Source: Candidatus Woesebacteria bacterium (lineage in GTDB: Bacteria; Patescibacteriota; Microgenomatia; UBA1400; UBA1396). From it: a stretch of DNA of 48,622 nucleotides. The notes under the pieces are model-generated. The model saw nothing but the letters and a program-made list of their open reading frames with translations, did no database searches and had not been told where the DNA came from. Both the position numbers and the translations under genes were made by a program. The DNA is taken from assembly GCA_963749595.1 (NCBI GenBank), contig CAVVNJ010000001.1, forward strand, positions 67,376-115,997, written 5' to 3'. The stretch's first letter is position 1. Each line of letters opens with the position of its first letter. This document shows, in pieces, positions 37,559 to 47,993 of this stretch.

Positions 37559-38322
37559 AGGTGTTCTTCCCCACTAAATTGTTTATGTTTAATGTTTACA
37601 TCATTAGTCAATTTGTCTTTATCCGTACCACGGTAAACACCCTGAATTTGGCCATCAAACATCCGCACCGAAGTCGTGGCAAAGCGCAAATATTCTAAAT
37701 CGTGAGTCACCATCACGATAGTTTTTCCGGTTTGATTTAGAGTCTGCAACAGCTGCATTACATCCTGACCGGATTCGAAATCCAGGTTGCCGGTTGGTTC
37801 GTCAGCGATGATTAGCTCCGGATTATTGATGATCCCGCGAGCCAGGGCAATTTTCTGCTGTTGGCCACTGGACAGCTCGTTAGGATGATAATCTGCCCAG
37901 TTTAGCATGCCGACTTTCTCCAAAGCCTGCCTGGCACTTTCTAAAGATTTGGTTTTTTCTTGGCCAAGCAAAGACAGGGGGAAAGAGACGTTTTCCTGAA
38001 CATTTAGTGACTTGATCCAGTTTGGTTGTTGATAAATCATGCCGACGTGTTGTTTGCGGAACTCGGAGATATCATCTTCGTGCGGCTTGGTGTACAAATC
38101 CTCATGCAAAATAGTTATTTGGCCCTCACTCGGTTTTTCCAAACCTAAGATCGTGTGCAACAAGGTAGACTTGCCGCAACCGGAAGGACCAAAAATAATA
38201 AGGAAGTCGCCGGCATCAACGGCCAAAGTTATCTTCTTTAGAATTAGCACTGATTGCTGACCAACCAGAAAAGATTTAGAGATCTCGCGAATATCGATGA
38301 TGGCGTTGTTGTGGTCAATCAT
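37555..38322 (-). CDS. ABC transporter ATP-binding protein (MacB/LolD-like)
   Basis: GPSGCGKST, LSSGQQQ, IIADEPTGNLD, MVTHD. Confidence 0.95.
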   Translation of the reverse strand: MIDHNNAIIDIREISKSFLVGQQSVLILKKITLAVDAGDFLIIFGPSGCGKSTLLHTILGLEKPSEGQITILHEDLYTKPHEDDISEFRKQHVGMIYQQPNWIKSLNVQENVSFPLSLLGQEKTKSLESARQALEKVGMLNWADYHPNELSSGQQQKIALARGIINNPELIIADEPTGNLDFESGQDVMQLLQTLNQTGKTIVMVTHDLEYLRFATTSVRMFDGQIQGVYRGTDKDKLTNDVNIKHKQFSGEEHL

Positions 38323-41300
38323 TGATTAATACTCCCTAAAAATCCAAAAGCTTGTTGTAGATTGCTGATCACTAAGTTGAGGGCATTGTCTGTCGCTTTA
38401 GGAGTAATGGTTACGGTGTCAACCGAGGTAGATACATTCCCCGCTTTATCCTTAGACCGAGCCCGCAAGTGGTAAACCTTGGCCGGATAAAGATTGGAAA
38501 TGATCACTAAGTGATTAACGGTAAGAGAGCTGTCCTCCTGGGTTTTTTGGGCATATCCGGTGCCACTACCTTCACCGAATTCCACCTGAGAAGTGGCTGG
38601 TTCGTCCGTGTTCCAAGACACCACGATTTGTGCCACTGCCTCCTGACCACTAGAGGGAACCGGGGGAATATTTTCACCTTCAACGTGAAGATCGGAAACC
38701 TGTGGGGGGCGAGTGTCGACTGAAGTGTCAACCTTTTGACTATCAGAAGAGGCTTCGTTCCCAACTTTATCGCGTCCTTTGACCACCAAAAGATAACTTG
38801 TTTGGGGCAGTAAGCCGCCAACAATCATCCGGTGCTCACCTTTGATTAGAGCCACATTCACCTCATCGCGGGAAAGACTAGGACTCCCCTCCGGATAAAA
38901 AGTGACGATGCTGGATACTTCAGTGTTGGTGGACCAAGTTACCAGAATGGTGGTTTGAGCAGTATTGACCACCTGTTGAATCCGCACCCCGGAAATCTTT
39001 GGCCGAGGGAGGGTAGTGAAATCATTGACTTGGTTATCATATTCGCTGCCGTCACTGTCAAAGGTATTAATTTTGTAATAATATTTTGTGCCGTCGGTTA
39101 ATCCGGTCAGCTCAGCCGAATAGGCAGCTTCATTGATGGAAGTTGCAATAGTTTTGGTCAAACCAAATGCTGTCGTGGTACCGTAGTAAATTTTTACTGA
39201 TGAGGCGCCAGTACTGGTAAAGGAAATAATGGTTGAACTAAGACCGATATTACCGGCTGAAACATCTTTGACCGTAGGGGCGGGTGCGGTCGTAAAACTT
39301 TTTTCGCTGGAAGAAGTCGTGTTGCCATCCTCATCGGTCCACTTCGCTTTGTAGTAATAAGTCGTTCCCGCCGTCAGACCGGTTAGACCGATAGAGTGGC
39401 CGGTAACCTGGGTAGAGTTGCTGGGCTCGACCGAACCATAACTGCCGGCGGAGGTACCATACTGGATTTTAGAATCGGCTGCGCGGTTGGTGGTCCAAGT
39501 AATGGTTGCTTTTTTCGTCGTGATACTGCTGGCTGCCGGATCAGAATCCAGCGTGGGAGCGATCGTCCAGCGACCAGTTGGTGTAATGGATACGGCATTG
39601 GTGCCGGAGCTAAGCGCCGAAGCCCCATCTTGGGTATATATCTTGTAGTAATACAGGGCCGAAGTTGGGGCACTATCAACATAAGACAACCCCGTTGAGG
39701 TACCAACTTGGGAAAAACTGGTGCCATCGGACGATCGGTGGATCAAGTAGGTAAGATTACCGGCCCCCTGGTAGCTGGGGGCAGTCCACGTCAAAGTTAC
39801 GTTCCAAAGCGACTGCGACTTAATTGAGGAATCCGAAGCTACCACATTAGCCACGTTGTCCGGGCTGGTCGAATCAAGGATAAAGTCGCCGGAAATATAA
39901 TTCGAGGGAGAGTAATTTGCCGGGGTATCATCATCCACCGCCACCACATAGACCGTATTAGAGCCGCGATTAACATTCGGCAGGGCGGCGGCGGCCAGAG
40001 TTAAGCCAGTACCATTATCCAGATATGTGGAAGCATTGGATTGTAGCGTCGCCAAAGTCGCTGGCGGGGTAGTGTTAACCATGTAGTAGTAGTGCGTCAC
40101 CGTGTTTTCATCCGGTGAGGTCGCTGCTGGCCAGGAAATTTCATAGGAATTAGTCGAGGAAGTCGAAGGAGTAACCGTGATACTGTCAGTTGGGCCAAAG
40201 GTAGGCGCCGAGCCGCCAAATTGGAGGACGCCGGTGCGAATCGCCGTGGGATCAGAAACGTTGCCCGCCTGATCGATGGTCCGGAAATAAACGGTGTTAT
40301 TACCAGCGACAATCGAACTTCCGTCCCGGTCACTCGTTAACTGGTGAGTACTGGCCGGAGCCGGGATGTAGTTTAGATCCAAGGCGGCACTGGCGGATGA
40401 ACCTTTCCAGGTACCGCTCGTGGAATTAATTTGGTACTGCCAACCCAAAAGACCAGATATCGTGTCGGTAGAAACGCTGTCGCCAGTAACCGGCCATGAA
40501 AAACTCATGTCCGCCACATTACTGAAATTCCCCGCGGCCGGACTGATGTAAGTCACGTTGGTGGGCAGGGTAGAGTCATGGCGGAACTGGAATTGAACGG
40601 CCGAACCGGCATAAATGTTGCCCACGGCGTCAATGGCTTTCACGTTCAGGTAGTAAGGTTCGGTCGAATTAGTGAGCCAAGAATCTCCGTGGTAAGACGA
40701 GGTCGACAAGTCAATGAGCGTCGTCGAAACAATAAATTGACAAGTTGTTCCGGCGGTAGAAACCGGGCTGGTACCCAGTAGTCCTTTGCTGGTGGCCGGA
40801 TCACCGGCACTATCTACGCCCAGGTACAAGCAATAGCCAGAAACGCCGGACCCGGCACCAGTATCCGCACCGGCATCCCAGGAGAAATAAGGAGTGGCTG
40901 AGTTGGTCCAGCCGTTTAAGGGAACCGCGATATCACCGGCGGCGCGGAGCATGATAATGTCGTCGGCATTAGTCTCCGGATTGGTGGAGTCAACATAGAA
41001 GGCGATCGCGCCGCCATTGGCTGTGGTGAAAGCGGATTCTAGTCCCGCCTGATCAATCGCCATTAATCGCCAGTAATAACTTCCATCGGCCAAGGTTTGT
41101 CCTTCCGCACCGGTGGCGTAAGTACCAGTGCCGGCGGCCTGACCAATGGTAAAACTTAAGCTGCCTGACGATGCCAGAGCAGAGGTGTAATCAACCAGTG
41201 GCGCCGCAAAATCGGCCGTGGTAGAAATTTGTAAACGGTACTGGACGGTATCACCCACGTTGGGATCAGAGACGGTGTAGGTCAGCGTTGGCGTTTCGTC

Positions 41301-44300
41301 GACAGTGTAGCCGCCAGTAACTAAAGTATTCGGGCCCAGCACGCTGGGACTACTGGGAGCCACGTTAAAGAAATAGGAAGAAAACCGCACGCGGTTAGGC
41401 ATAGCCCCGCCTTCCGACCAAGCGTAAATCAAATCCGACGTGCTACCGATGGCCGTGCCCCAGGAGATTGGGGGAATGTCTGACAATTGAGTCGCCACCG
41501 CGGGAGTAGTAAACGGCACCACCACCCGTGCCCGTAAATAGTAATAAGGAGTTTCCTCACCGTTCACTATAGTGGTTGCCCAGTCTGACGGTGGCAAAAA
41601 GGTTAGATAACCGGAACCTACCAGAAGTGATGGATTGGAAACTCCCAAGAAGCCGTTCAGACCAACCCAGGCTGAACTATTCCAGTACTCCCAAAACAAC
41701 TGACCGCCAATGCCGACCGTGGAGAGTCCCCAGGACAGCGCGTCGAATTTTTGTAGTTTGCCAAAATAACCGATGTCGCCAATCGCGGAGGGGAGAGCGG
41801 TATCAGCAGCGGTAGTGTTCGCTGCCGCTCCGGTGATATCGGCATAAGAACCGTCGGCGGCAGCCGTATATTTCCAATACTTATCCAGCACGCCGTGCCA
41901 ATTAATCACAGTGGTGGCGGAAGCATCAAAGTTAACGGTGGCATAGGGCGGCAGACCCTTTTTATAGACGAATCTTCGGTTTCCTGGAAGAGCGGTACTA
42001 AGATTAGTGGTGTCGCCATAGTAGACATATGCAGTGGTCCCCACGATCCCGACCGATACCCAACCACTGCTGTAGGCAGTACTAGAAACGGTCGCATTAG
42101 CCGACCAAGCCAAACCATTCCAAAAGGTAAAATAAACATTGGTGCTGGTATTCAAAGTGACATAAACCTTTCCCAGAGCGTCGCCCACGGCGGAAAAGGT
42201 GGGGGTACTAATAGCGGAGGGGCTTACCGGAGCTTCGGGGTTCCAGCTTGTCAGACCATCCGAGTCTTCCCGCCAACGCCAACGCAAGTTCGTTCCGGTC
42301 TGGGAGTTGTAGATTACTCCAATATTGCTGCCAAAACGAACCAAAGCCGGATAGTGGTAAGCACTGCTATTACCAGCGTTATCCAAGGTGCGTTGGGACA
42401 AAGTCCAAGTTGGCGCATCCGACAAATCACTGGAATTAAAGACCGAAACTTGATAGTTGTTATTGTCGTAATACCGCGCGGCTACCCATAAGCGAGTGTC
42501 ACCCTCAACCTCGATCACGGCAAAACTGTAACCATCCAACGTACCACCGCTCGCCACCGTCTGGGCTGCGCCAAGGGTCCAGGTACTGCCGGCACCTTTC
42601 GTCAATTTGCGGTAGAAAACCCCATAGAAAGCGTTGATGGTAGCAGTGTCGGTGGAGTAAACCAAATAGATATTATCACTGGCGTCAACTGTGGCTGAGG
42701 CATACATCAAGTTGGTCAGATCGTTGGAAACCTGCCCGCCGCAGGTCCAGTTTTGGCCAGAATCGGTGGAGTAGATCCAGATTAAGCCGGCCGTATTATT
42801 GAGACCATTCGACCCGGCGCAGGGGACGCTGGTAGAGGCTTGAATAAAGGCGTGGAGCGTGCCATCAGAAGTCTTTACCATCTTCCGCTGGGTGGAGTAA
42901 CGAGTAGCATTAGCCACTCCAACGGTTCCGCCGGAATACCAGGAAGAGGAAGTTAAATTGGGTTTTAATTCGGCGTAAGTCGCAGCGTTGGCAGTAGTAG
43001 TTGTAACGTCAGTTGAGTTGAAACGAACTTTCATTGGCGCAACACCAATATTTTCACTCCACAGACCGTACAGTTTTCCGGATACGGGATTAGGCAGAAA
43101 ACTACTGGCGTAGGAACGCGGCATATTATCAGCCTGAGTGCCGACCGGCGGGGTGGAGTAGGCGGTAACCACCCGGGCGCGAACATAATAGTACGGCGTC
43201 CCCTCATCATTGACCGGCGTGGTCGCCCAGTTGGTGGGTGGGGTAAAACTAACGTAACCCCGGGCGCTGACAAAGTTGCCATTGCTTTGCGATTGGATAC
43301 TGGATATTCCGGCCCAAGCTGAACCGTTCCAATATTCCCACACCACCACACCGCCAACTCCGGCCGTTGGAGTTTGCCAGTTAACGGTGTCAAATTTTTG
43401 CAATTTGCCAAAATATGCAATATCGTTAACGGCACTAACCATCTGCAGGTCGCTACCACCGATGCTGCCGGCATCAGTAGTGTCGTCCAAATAACCACCT
43501 GAAACATAACTCCAGTATTTGTCAAAAATGCCGTGATAGGAGATTAGTGGCGTCGCCACAACGTCAAACTCGCTGGCGGTATAGGGTGGAATGCCTTTTT
43601 TGTATGCCAACCGATGGTAGCCCTGCTGACCCCCAGTAAACCCGGTGAAGCCAAGGGAGTCGCCAAAAATTACCCAGACGTTATAGCCATCCGTCACCAG
43701 ACTTACCAAACCGGAGACGGTACTGGCGGTGGTATTCACTGTTGTGGTCGCGGACCAGGCCGTGCCATTCCAATAACTAAAGTAGGTCACCGAGCTATTA
43801 TTGGAGGCGTAATATACCCTCCCGGAAGAATCGCCCACCGCGCTGTAATAAGCCGCAGTAACTTGATCGGTGCCTACCGTCGCTTCGCCCGACCACGCCG
43901 TCAACTCATCAGCATCGTTCCGCCAACGCCAACGGGTTTGCGTGGTAGTGGCGTAGCCCACGCTGTAGATTACGCCAACCTTAGTGCCAAAACGAACCAA
44001 AGCTGGAAAATGCTTCGTTGTCGCTCCATTAGGCGTATCTAACGAGGTTTGTGACAAGGTCCAGGTGGGACTGGTAGAAAGATTGTTGGAGTAATAAACC
44101 GAAACCTGGTAGTTGCTGCCATCAAAATAACGGGTGGCTAACCATAACCGACTAGTTCCTTCCACCTCAACCACCGAATAGGAATAACCAATCAAACCCG
44201 AACTGGCGTCCAAGGCGATCTGGGCGTTACCAAGACTCCAGTTGGCGCCACCTTGTTTAGTCATTTTGCGGTAGTAAGTACTGTTAGCCAAGTTTGAACC

Positions 44301-47300
44301 CTCAGTCACCACGGAGTAGACCACATAGATGTTATCGTTGCCATCAACCGTTGCTGAGGCATACATGACGTTGGTCAGATCATTACTTAACTGAGCCCCG
44401 CAGGTCCAGGTTGCCCCTTCGTCGGTCGAGTAAATCCACATCAGTCCGTTATTGTTGTTGCCCGTCTGATTGCCACAAGCTAAACGGTTGTGAGCCTGAA
44501 TAAAAGCGTGCAGCGTACCATCGGACGTCCGGACTAACTTGCGCATAGTTGGCGCCCAGCTGGCGTTGGCCAGCGTGGAGTAGCCCACCACCGGCGGATC
44601 AATCTCGGCATTACTCGTGCTGGAAGTCACCGCCGACACTTCTAGGGACCCAAATCTAACCTTAGCCTGAGCGGTGGAGTTTTCGGTCCAAAGTCCGTAA
44701 ATATTGCCCGAGATCGGCATCGGTAAGAAACTACCAAAGTTGGTTTGGGAGAGGGCCACGAATTGGGTGCCGACCGGCGGGGTGGAGTAGGCGGTAACCA
44801 CCCGGGCGCGAACATAATAATAGGGAGTGGCCTCATTGCCGACATTAGTGGTTTGCCAATCGCCGGGAGCAATAAAACTTAAATAACCGTTATTCAAAAA
44901 TGTGCCGTTGGACACGCCAATAAATTTAGTCAGTTCTTTCCAGGCTGAGCCGTTCCAATACTCCCAGACCAATTGGCCGCCGATACCATTGGTCGACAGA
45001 GACCACGAAATCGAATCGTATTTCTGCAGCTTACCAAAATAAGCCATATCACCAACCCCAGTGAAAAGGGTCGCGTCCGCCGCAGTGGTATTGCCGGCTG
45101 CGGTGGTTTTGTCGGAATGGACACTGGAAACATAACTCCAATATTTGTCAAAAATATTATATTGACCCACTACGTTCACGGCGGCATCGCAAACCGCCCC
45201 GGCAAAGACACAGCGCCTATAAACAATATTACGATTACCAGGCAAAGTGGTACTTAAGCCCGCAATAGCGTTATAAAAAACCCAGACCTGAGCCCCATCA
45301 GTGGAAAGCGCAATAAAATTGTTAGCCGCCACGGTATTGGCCGCAGTAACAGTGATGCTCGGTTGCCAGGTGACTCCGTCCCAATAATTGAGGTAAATGG
45401 CGGCGTTATCCGGGTTGTAGGCCACATAAACGTTGGTCCCGTCAGAAACCGCAGTGAAGCTATTGGAACCATTCGTCGTTACTTCAGCGATGGAATCGTT
45501 GGACCAACTGGTTAAAGCATCCCCATCTTGGCGGAAACGCCAGCGCAAACCAATTTGGCCAGCAACGTTGTTGTAGTTCACACTGTTCTGACTGCTATAA
45601 ATGACGCCAATCCGGTTATTGAAACGCACTATCGCTGGAACATGGGTGCCGCTGTTGTTGGCTAAATCAAAAGCGCTGGAAGATACCGTCCAAGTCGGAG
45701 CCGCAGACTGGTTGCTGGAATAATACACTTTGACCACGTAGTTGAGGCCATCAAAATAACGGGTGGCTAACCAGAGCCGATCGGTATTTTCCGCCTCGAT
45801 CACGGAAAAACTGTACCCCTCCGTTCCGGAACTGGTCAGCACCGTCTGGGCCGCCTCCAAAGTCCAGGTTGAACCCTCTCCTTTGGTTAGCTTCCGGTAG
45901 TAGACGTTATATGCGCCGCTGGCTCCGTTCACCGCTACCGAGTAGGTGACATAAATATTGTCAGCGGTATCAACGGCTGCCGACGGAAAAAATTGGAAGT
46001 TGCTGGTCGTGTTGTCCAGAAAGATTTGCCCGCCGCAGGTCCAGTTTTGGCCAGAATCTGTGGAATAAATCCAGTTGATACCCAAACCATTATTGGTGGT
46101 TTGACTACCGCATGCCGATACGTTTCCACTGTTGACGAAAGCGTGGAGCGTCCCGTCGGACGTGCGAACTAAATGCCGCTCAGTGGATGGTTGGGTGGCT
46201 AAATTGCTGGAAGCATAAGCCAAAGTATAGGGAGCAATATCACTGGCGGCAGCGTCATTGGGTGTCCCAGCAGAAACGGTAACAGAAGCGCTACGGACTT
46301 TCACTGGTGAGGCACTATTTTCCGCCCAAAAACCATAAATTGTGTTTGCCACCGGGGCAGACAGAAAGTAGTTTAAATTTAAATTGGGAATCGCTGCCGC
46401 CTGAATACCAACAGGCGGAGTCGTGATGGCGCTAGTTACTTCCGCTCGAAGATAATAGTAGGGCGTACCCTCGCTGTTAACAATTGTCGGCTGCCAGTCC
46501 GAGGGTGCGGTAAAGGCTCCCCAACCCGCGGCGGCCGTAAAACCGGAAGCGGTCCCGGTAGTAAAGACAATTGAGGAATTCCAATCAGAGCCATTCCAAT
46601 ATTTCCAGGTCACTGCGCCGCCGACACCGGCCGTGGAAAGCGACCAAGAGATCGAATCAAAAGGCTGCAGCTTGCCGAAATAGGCCATATCACCAATGGC
46701 TGAAGGGAAAGATGAGTCGGCCGAGGTGACGTTACTAAGATCGGCAGTATCGTCAGTATAGGTATCGCCGCTAGCGGTATATTTCCAGTATTTGTCGAAA
46801 ACGTCTTGGTAAGGTACTGCCTTAGTGGCAGTGAGCTCAAAGTCGTTCGTAGTGTAGGGTAGCCAACCACGCTTATAAACCAACTTACTATTGCCGGATA
46901 ATCCACTGGTTAAACCCGTCGTTTCCTGATAGAACACCCAGACGTTGGTCCCATCGGTGGATAACGAGGCCGCGCCAGAACCAAGGCCAGCTGAGGAAAC
47001 GATGGCGTTAGGTGACCAAACCGAGCCGTTCCAATAATTAAAAACCACACTCGCCCCAGAAACGAGCACTAAGTAAACATTGCCGTTGGCGTCAGAGATC
47101 GCGTTAAAGCGAGCCGAGGTACCAATTGTGGTGGTCACAATATTTTCCGGTGACCAACTGGTTAGTCCGTCGGCGTCATCACGCACCCGCCAGCGGAGAT
47201 AGGCCTGGGGAAACTGTGACTGGTAAACCACGCCAATCTTAGTCCCAAAACGAACAATTGACGGATAGTGTAGGCCGTTATTGTTTCCTGGCGTATTCAG

Positions 47301-47993
47301 GCTGGCTTGAGAAATGGTCCACGTCGGGTTATCGGAAAGATCGTTGGAGTAATAAACCGAAACTTGGTAGTTGGCACCATCAAAATAGCGAGTGGCCACC
47401 CAGGTTCGGGTGCCGTCATTCTCGATTACCGCAAAACTGTATCCTACGCTTGATGATCCTGCAATCACTGTTCGAGCATCGCCCGTTGCCCAGACCGCCC
47501 CCTCACCCTTAGTAAGTTTACGATAAAAAGTTCCGTAGGCCGTGCTCGCCCCACCGTTGCCGGCCGAGTAGATCAAATAAACGTTGTCCGACACATCGAC
47601 CGTGGCGGAAGCGTACATCAGATTGGTGGTATCGCTCGACAACTGTGCGCCACAGGTCCAGCTAGCACCAGCATCGGTCGAATAAAACCAAATCAAGCCA
47701 GATTTGGCCACGCTGTCACACAGAGTAGTTTGGGTGCCCGTTTGAACAAAAGAGTGCAGCGTCCCATCCGAAGTCCTAACTAGCCGCTTCTGGGTCATGC
47801 TGGACGTTGCCAAAGTCGTGGAGGAATTACTGATGAAGAAAGATGAGGTTGCCGCCAGAACCACCGCCGCTGTTAAGGCTACCCCGACCAACCCAACGAT
47901 TACGGCTAAAAACAACTTCTCGCGATACTGTAATGCGGGCAGTAATTTACGAGGGAAAGGTTTCAAACGGAAGGAAATCTTGGGCCGGCGCAT
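38319..47993 (-). CDS. Giant 3224-aa surface protein: N-terminal TM, four ~545-aa BNR/Asp-box repeat modules, C-terminal FN3/Ig-like domains
   Basis: Uninterrupted ORF. [R/K]TSDGTLH x4; Asp boxes STDAGASW, STDSGQNW (x2), STDEGATW; FN3 signatures LTGLTAGTTYYYK, LTGLTDGTKYYYK, WNTDEPATSQVEF. Confidence 0.92.
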   Translation of the reverse strand: MRRPKISFRLKPFPRKLLPALQYREKLFLAVIVGLVGVALTAAVVLAATSSFFISNSSTTLATSSMTQKRLVRTSDGTLHSFVQTGTQTTLCDSVAKSGLIWFYSTDAGASWTCGAQLSSDTTNLMYASATVDVSDNVYLIYSAGNGGASTAYGTFYRKLTKGEGAVWATGDARTVIAGSSSVGYSFAVIENDGTRTWVATRYFDGANYQVSVYYSNDLSDNPTWTISQASLNTPGNNNGLHYPSIVRFGTKIGVVYQSQFPQAYLRWRVRDDADGLTSWSPENIVTTTIGTSARFNAISDANGNVYLVLVSGASVVFNYWNGSVWSPNAIVSSAGLGSGAASLSTDGTNVWVFYQETTGLTSGLSGNSKLVYKRGWLPYTTNDFELTATKAVPYQDVFDKYWKYTASGDTYTDDTADLSNVTSADSSFPSAIGDMAYFGKLQPFDSISWSLSTAGVGGAVTWKYWNGSDWNSSIVFTTGTASGFTAAAGWGAFTAPSDWQPTIVNSEGTPYYYLRAEVTSAITTPPVGIQAAAIPNLNLNYFLSAPVANTIYGFWAENSASPVKVRSASVTVSAGTPNDAAASDIAPYTLAYASSNLATQPSTERHLVRTSDGTLHAFVNSGNVSACGSQTTNNGLGINWIYSTDSGQNWTCGGQIFLDNTTSNFQFFPSAAVDTADNIYVTYSVAVNGASGAYNVYYRKLTKGEGSTWTLEAAQTVLTSSGTEGYSFSVIEAENTDRLWLATRYFDGLNYVVKVYYSSNQSAAPTWTVSSSAFDLANNSGTHVPAIVRFNNRIGVIYSSQNSVNYNNVAGQIGLRWRFRQDGDALTSWSNDSIAEVTTNGSNSFTAVSDGTNVYVAYNPDNAAIYLNYWDGVTWQPSITVTAANTVAANNFIALSTDGAQVWVFYNAIAGLSTTLPGNRNIVYRRCVFAGAVCDAAVNVVGQYNIFDKYWSYVSSVHSDKTTAAGNTTAADATLFTGVGDMAYFGKLQKYDSISWSLSTNGIGGQLVWEYWNGSAWKELTKFIGVSNGTFLNNGYLSFIAPGDWQTTNVGNEATPYYYVRARVVTAYSTPPVGTQFVALSQTNFGSFLPMPISGNIYGLWTENSTAQAKVRFGSLEVSAVTSSTSNAEIDPPVVGYSTLANASWAPTMRKLVRTSDGTLHAFIQAHNRLACGNQTGNNNNGLMWIYSTDEGATWTCGAQLSNDLTNVMYASATVDGNDNIYVVYSVVTEGSNLANSTYYRKMTKQGGANWSLGNAQIALDASSGLIGYSYSVVEVEGTSRLWLATRYFDGSNYQVSVYYSNNLSTSPTWTLSQTSLDTPNGATTKHFPALVRFGTKVGVIYSVGYATTTQTRWRWRNDADELTAWSGEATVGTDQVTAAYYSAVGDSSGRVYYASNNSSVTYFSYWNGTAWSATTTVNTTASTVSGLVSLVTDGYNVWVIFGDSLGFTGFTGGQQGYHRLAYKKGIPPYTASEFDVVATPLISYHGIFDKYWSYVSGGYLDDTTDAGSIGGSDLQMVSAVNDIAYFGKLQKFDTVNWQTPTAGVGGVVVWEYWNGSAWAGISSIQSQSNGNFVSARGYVSFTPPTNWATTPVNDEGTPYYYVRARVVTAYSTPPVGTQADNMPRSYASSFLPNPVSGKLYGLWSENIGVAPMKVRFNSTDVTTTTANAATYAELKPNLTSSSWYSGGTVGVANATRYSTQRKMVKTSDGTLHAFIQASTSVPCAGSNGLNNTAGLIWIYSTDSGQNWTCGGQVSNDLTNLMYASATVDASDNIYLVYSTDTATINAFYGVFYRKLTKGAGSTWTLGAAQTVASGGTLDGYSFAVIEVEGDTRLWVAARYYDNNNYQVSVFNSSDLSDAPTWTLSQRTLDNAGNSSAYHYPALVRFGSNIGVIYNSQTGTNLRWRWREDSDGLTSWNPEAPVSPSAISTPTFSAVGDALGKVYVTLNTSTNVYFTFWNGLAWSANATVSSTAYSSGWVSVGIVGTTAYVYYGDTTNLSTALPGNRRFVYKKGLPPYATVNFDASATTVINWHGVLDKYWKYTAAADGSYADITGAAANTTAADTALPSAIGDIGYFGKLQKFDALSWGLSTVGIGGQLFWEYWNSSAWVGLNGFLGVSNPSLLVGSGYLTFLPPSDWATTIVNGEETPYYYLRARVVVPFTTPAVATQLSDIPPISWGTAIGSTSDLIYAWSEGGAMPNRVRFSSYFFNVAPSSPSVLGPNTLVTGGYTVDETPTLTYTVSDPNVGDTVQYRLQISTTADFAAPLVDYTSALASSGSLSFTIGQAAGTGTYATGAEGQTLADGSYYWRLMAIDQAGLESAFTTANGGAIAFYVDSTNPETNADDIIMLRAAGDIAVPLNGWTNSATPYFSWDAGADTGAGSGVSGYCLYLGVDSAGDPATSKGLLGTSPVSTAGTTCQFIVSTTLIDLSTSSYHGDSWLTNSTEPYYLNVKAIDAVGNIYAGSAVQFQFRHDSTLPTNVTYISPAAGNFSNVADMSFSWPVTGDSVSTDTISGLLGWQYQINSTSGTWKGSSASAALDLNYIPAPASTHQLTSDRDGSSIVAGNNTVYFRTIDQAGNVSDPTAIRTGVLQFGGSAPTFGPTDSITVTPSTSSTNSYEISWPAATSPDENTVTHYYYMVNTTPPATLATLQSNASTYLDNGTGLTLAAAALPNVNRGSNTVYVVAVDDDTPANYSPSNYISGDFILDSTSPDNVANVVASDSSIKSQSLWNVTLTWTAPSYQGAGNLTYLIHRSSDGTSFSQVGTSTGLSYVDSAPTSALYYYKIYTQDGASALSSGTNAVSITPTGRWTIAPTLDSDPAASSITTKKATITWTTNRAADSKIQYGTSAGSYGSVEPSNSTQVTGHSIGLTGLTAGTTYYYKAKWTDEDGNTTSSSEKSFTTAPAPTVKDVSAGNIGLSSTIISFTSTGASSVKIYYGTTTAFGLTKTIATSINEAAYSAELTGLTDGTKYYYKINTFDSDGSEYDNQVNDFTTLPRPKISGVRIQQVVNTAQTTILVTWSTNTEVSSIVTFYPEGSPSLSRDEVNVALIKGEHRMIVGGLLPQTSYLLVVKGRDKVGNEASSDSQKVDTSVDTRPPQVSDLHVEGENIPPVPSSGQEAVAQIVVSWNTDEPATSQVEFGEGSGTGYAQKTQEDSSLTVNHLVIISNLYPAKVYHLRARSKDKAGNVSTSVDTVTITPKATDNALNLVISNLQQAFGFLGSINQ
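41370..47790 (-). repeat. Four tandem intragenic repeat modules (approximate extent)
   Basis: The [R/K]TSDG codon begins at 47777, 46166, 44531 and 42875 (spacings 1611, 1635, 1656 bp). Confidence 0.88.

Noticed and set aside
38319-47993. Diversity-generating retroelement target
   Set aside because: No reverse transcriptase in the window and no template/variable repeat pair with adenine-specific differences was noticed.
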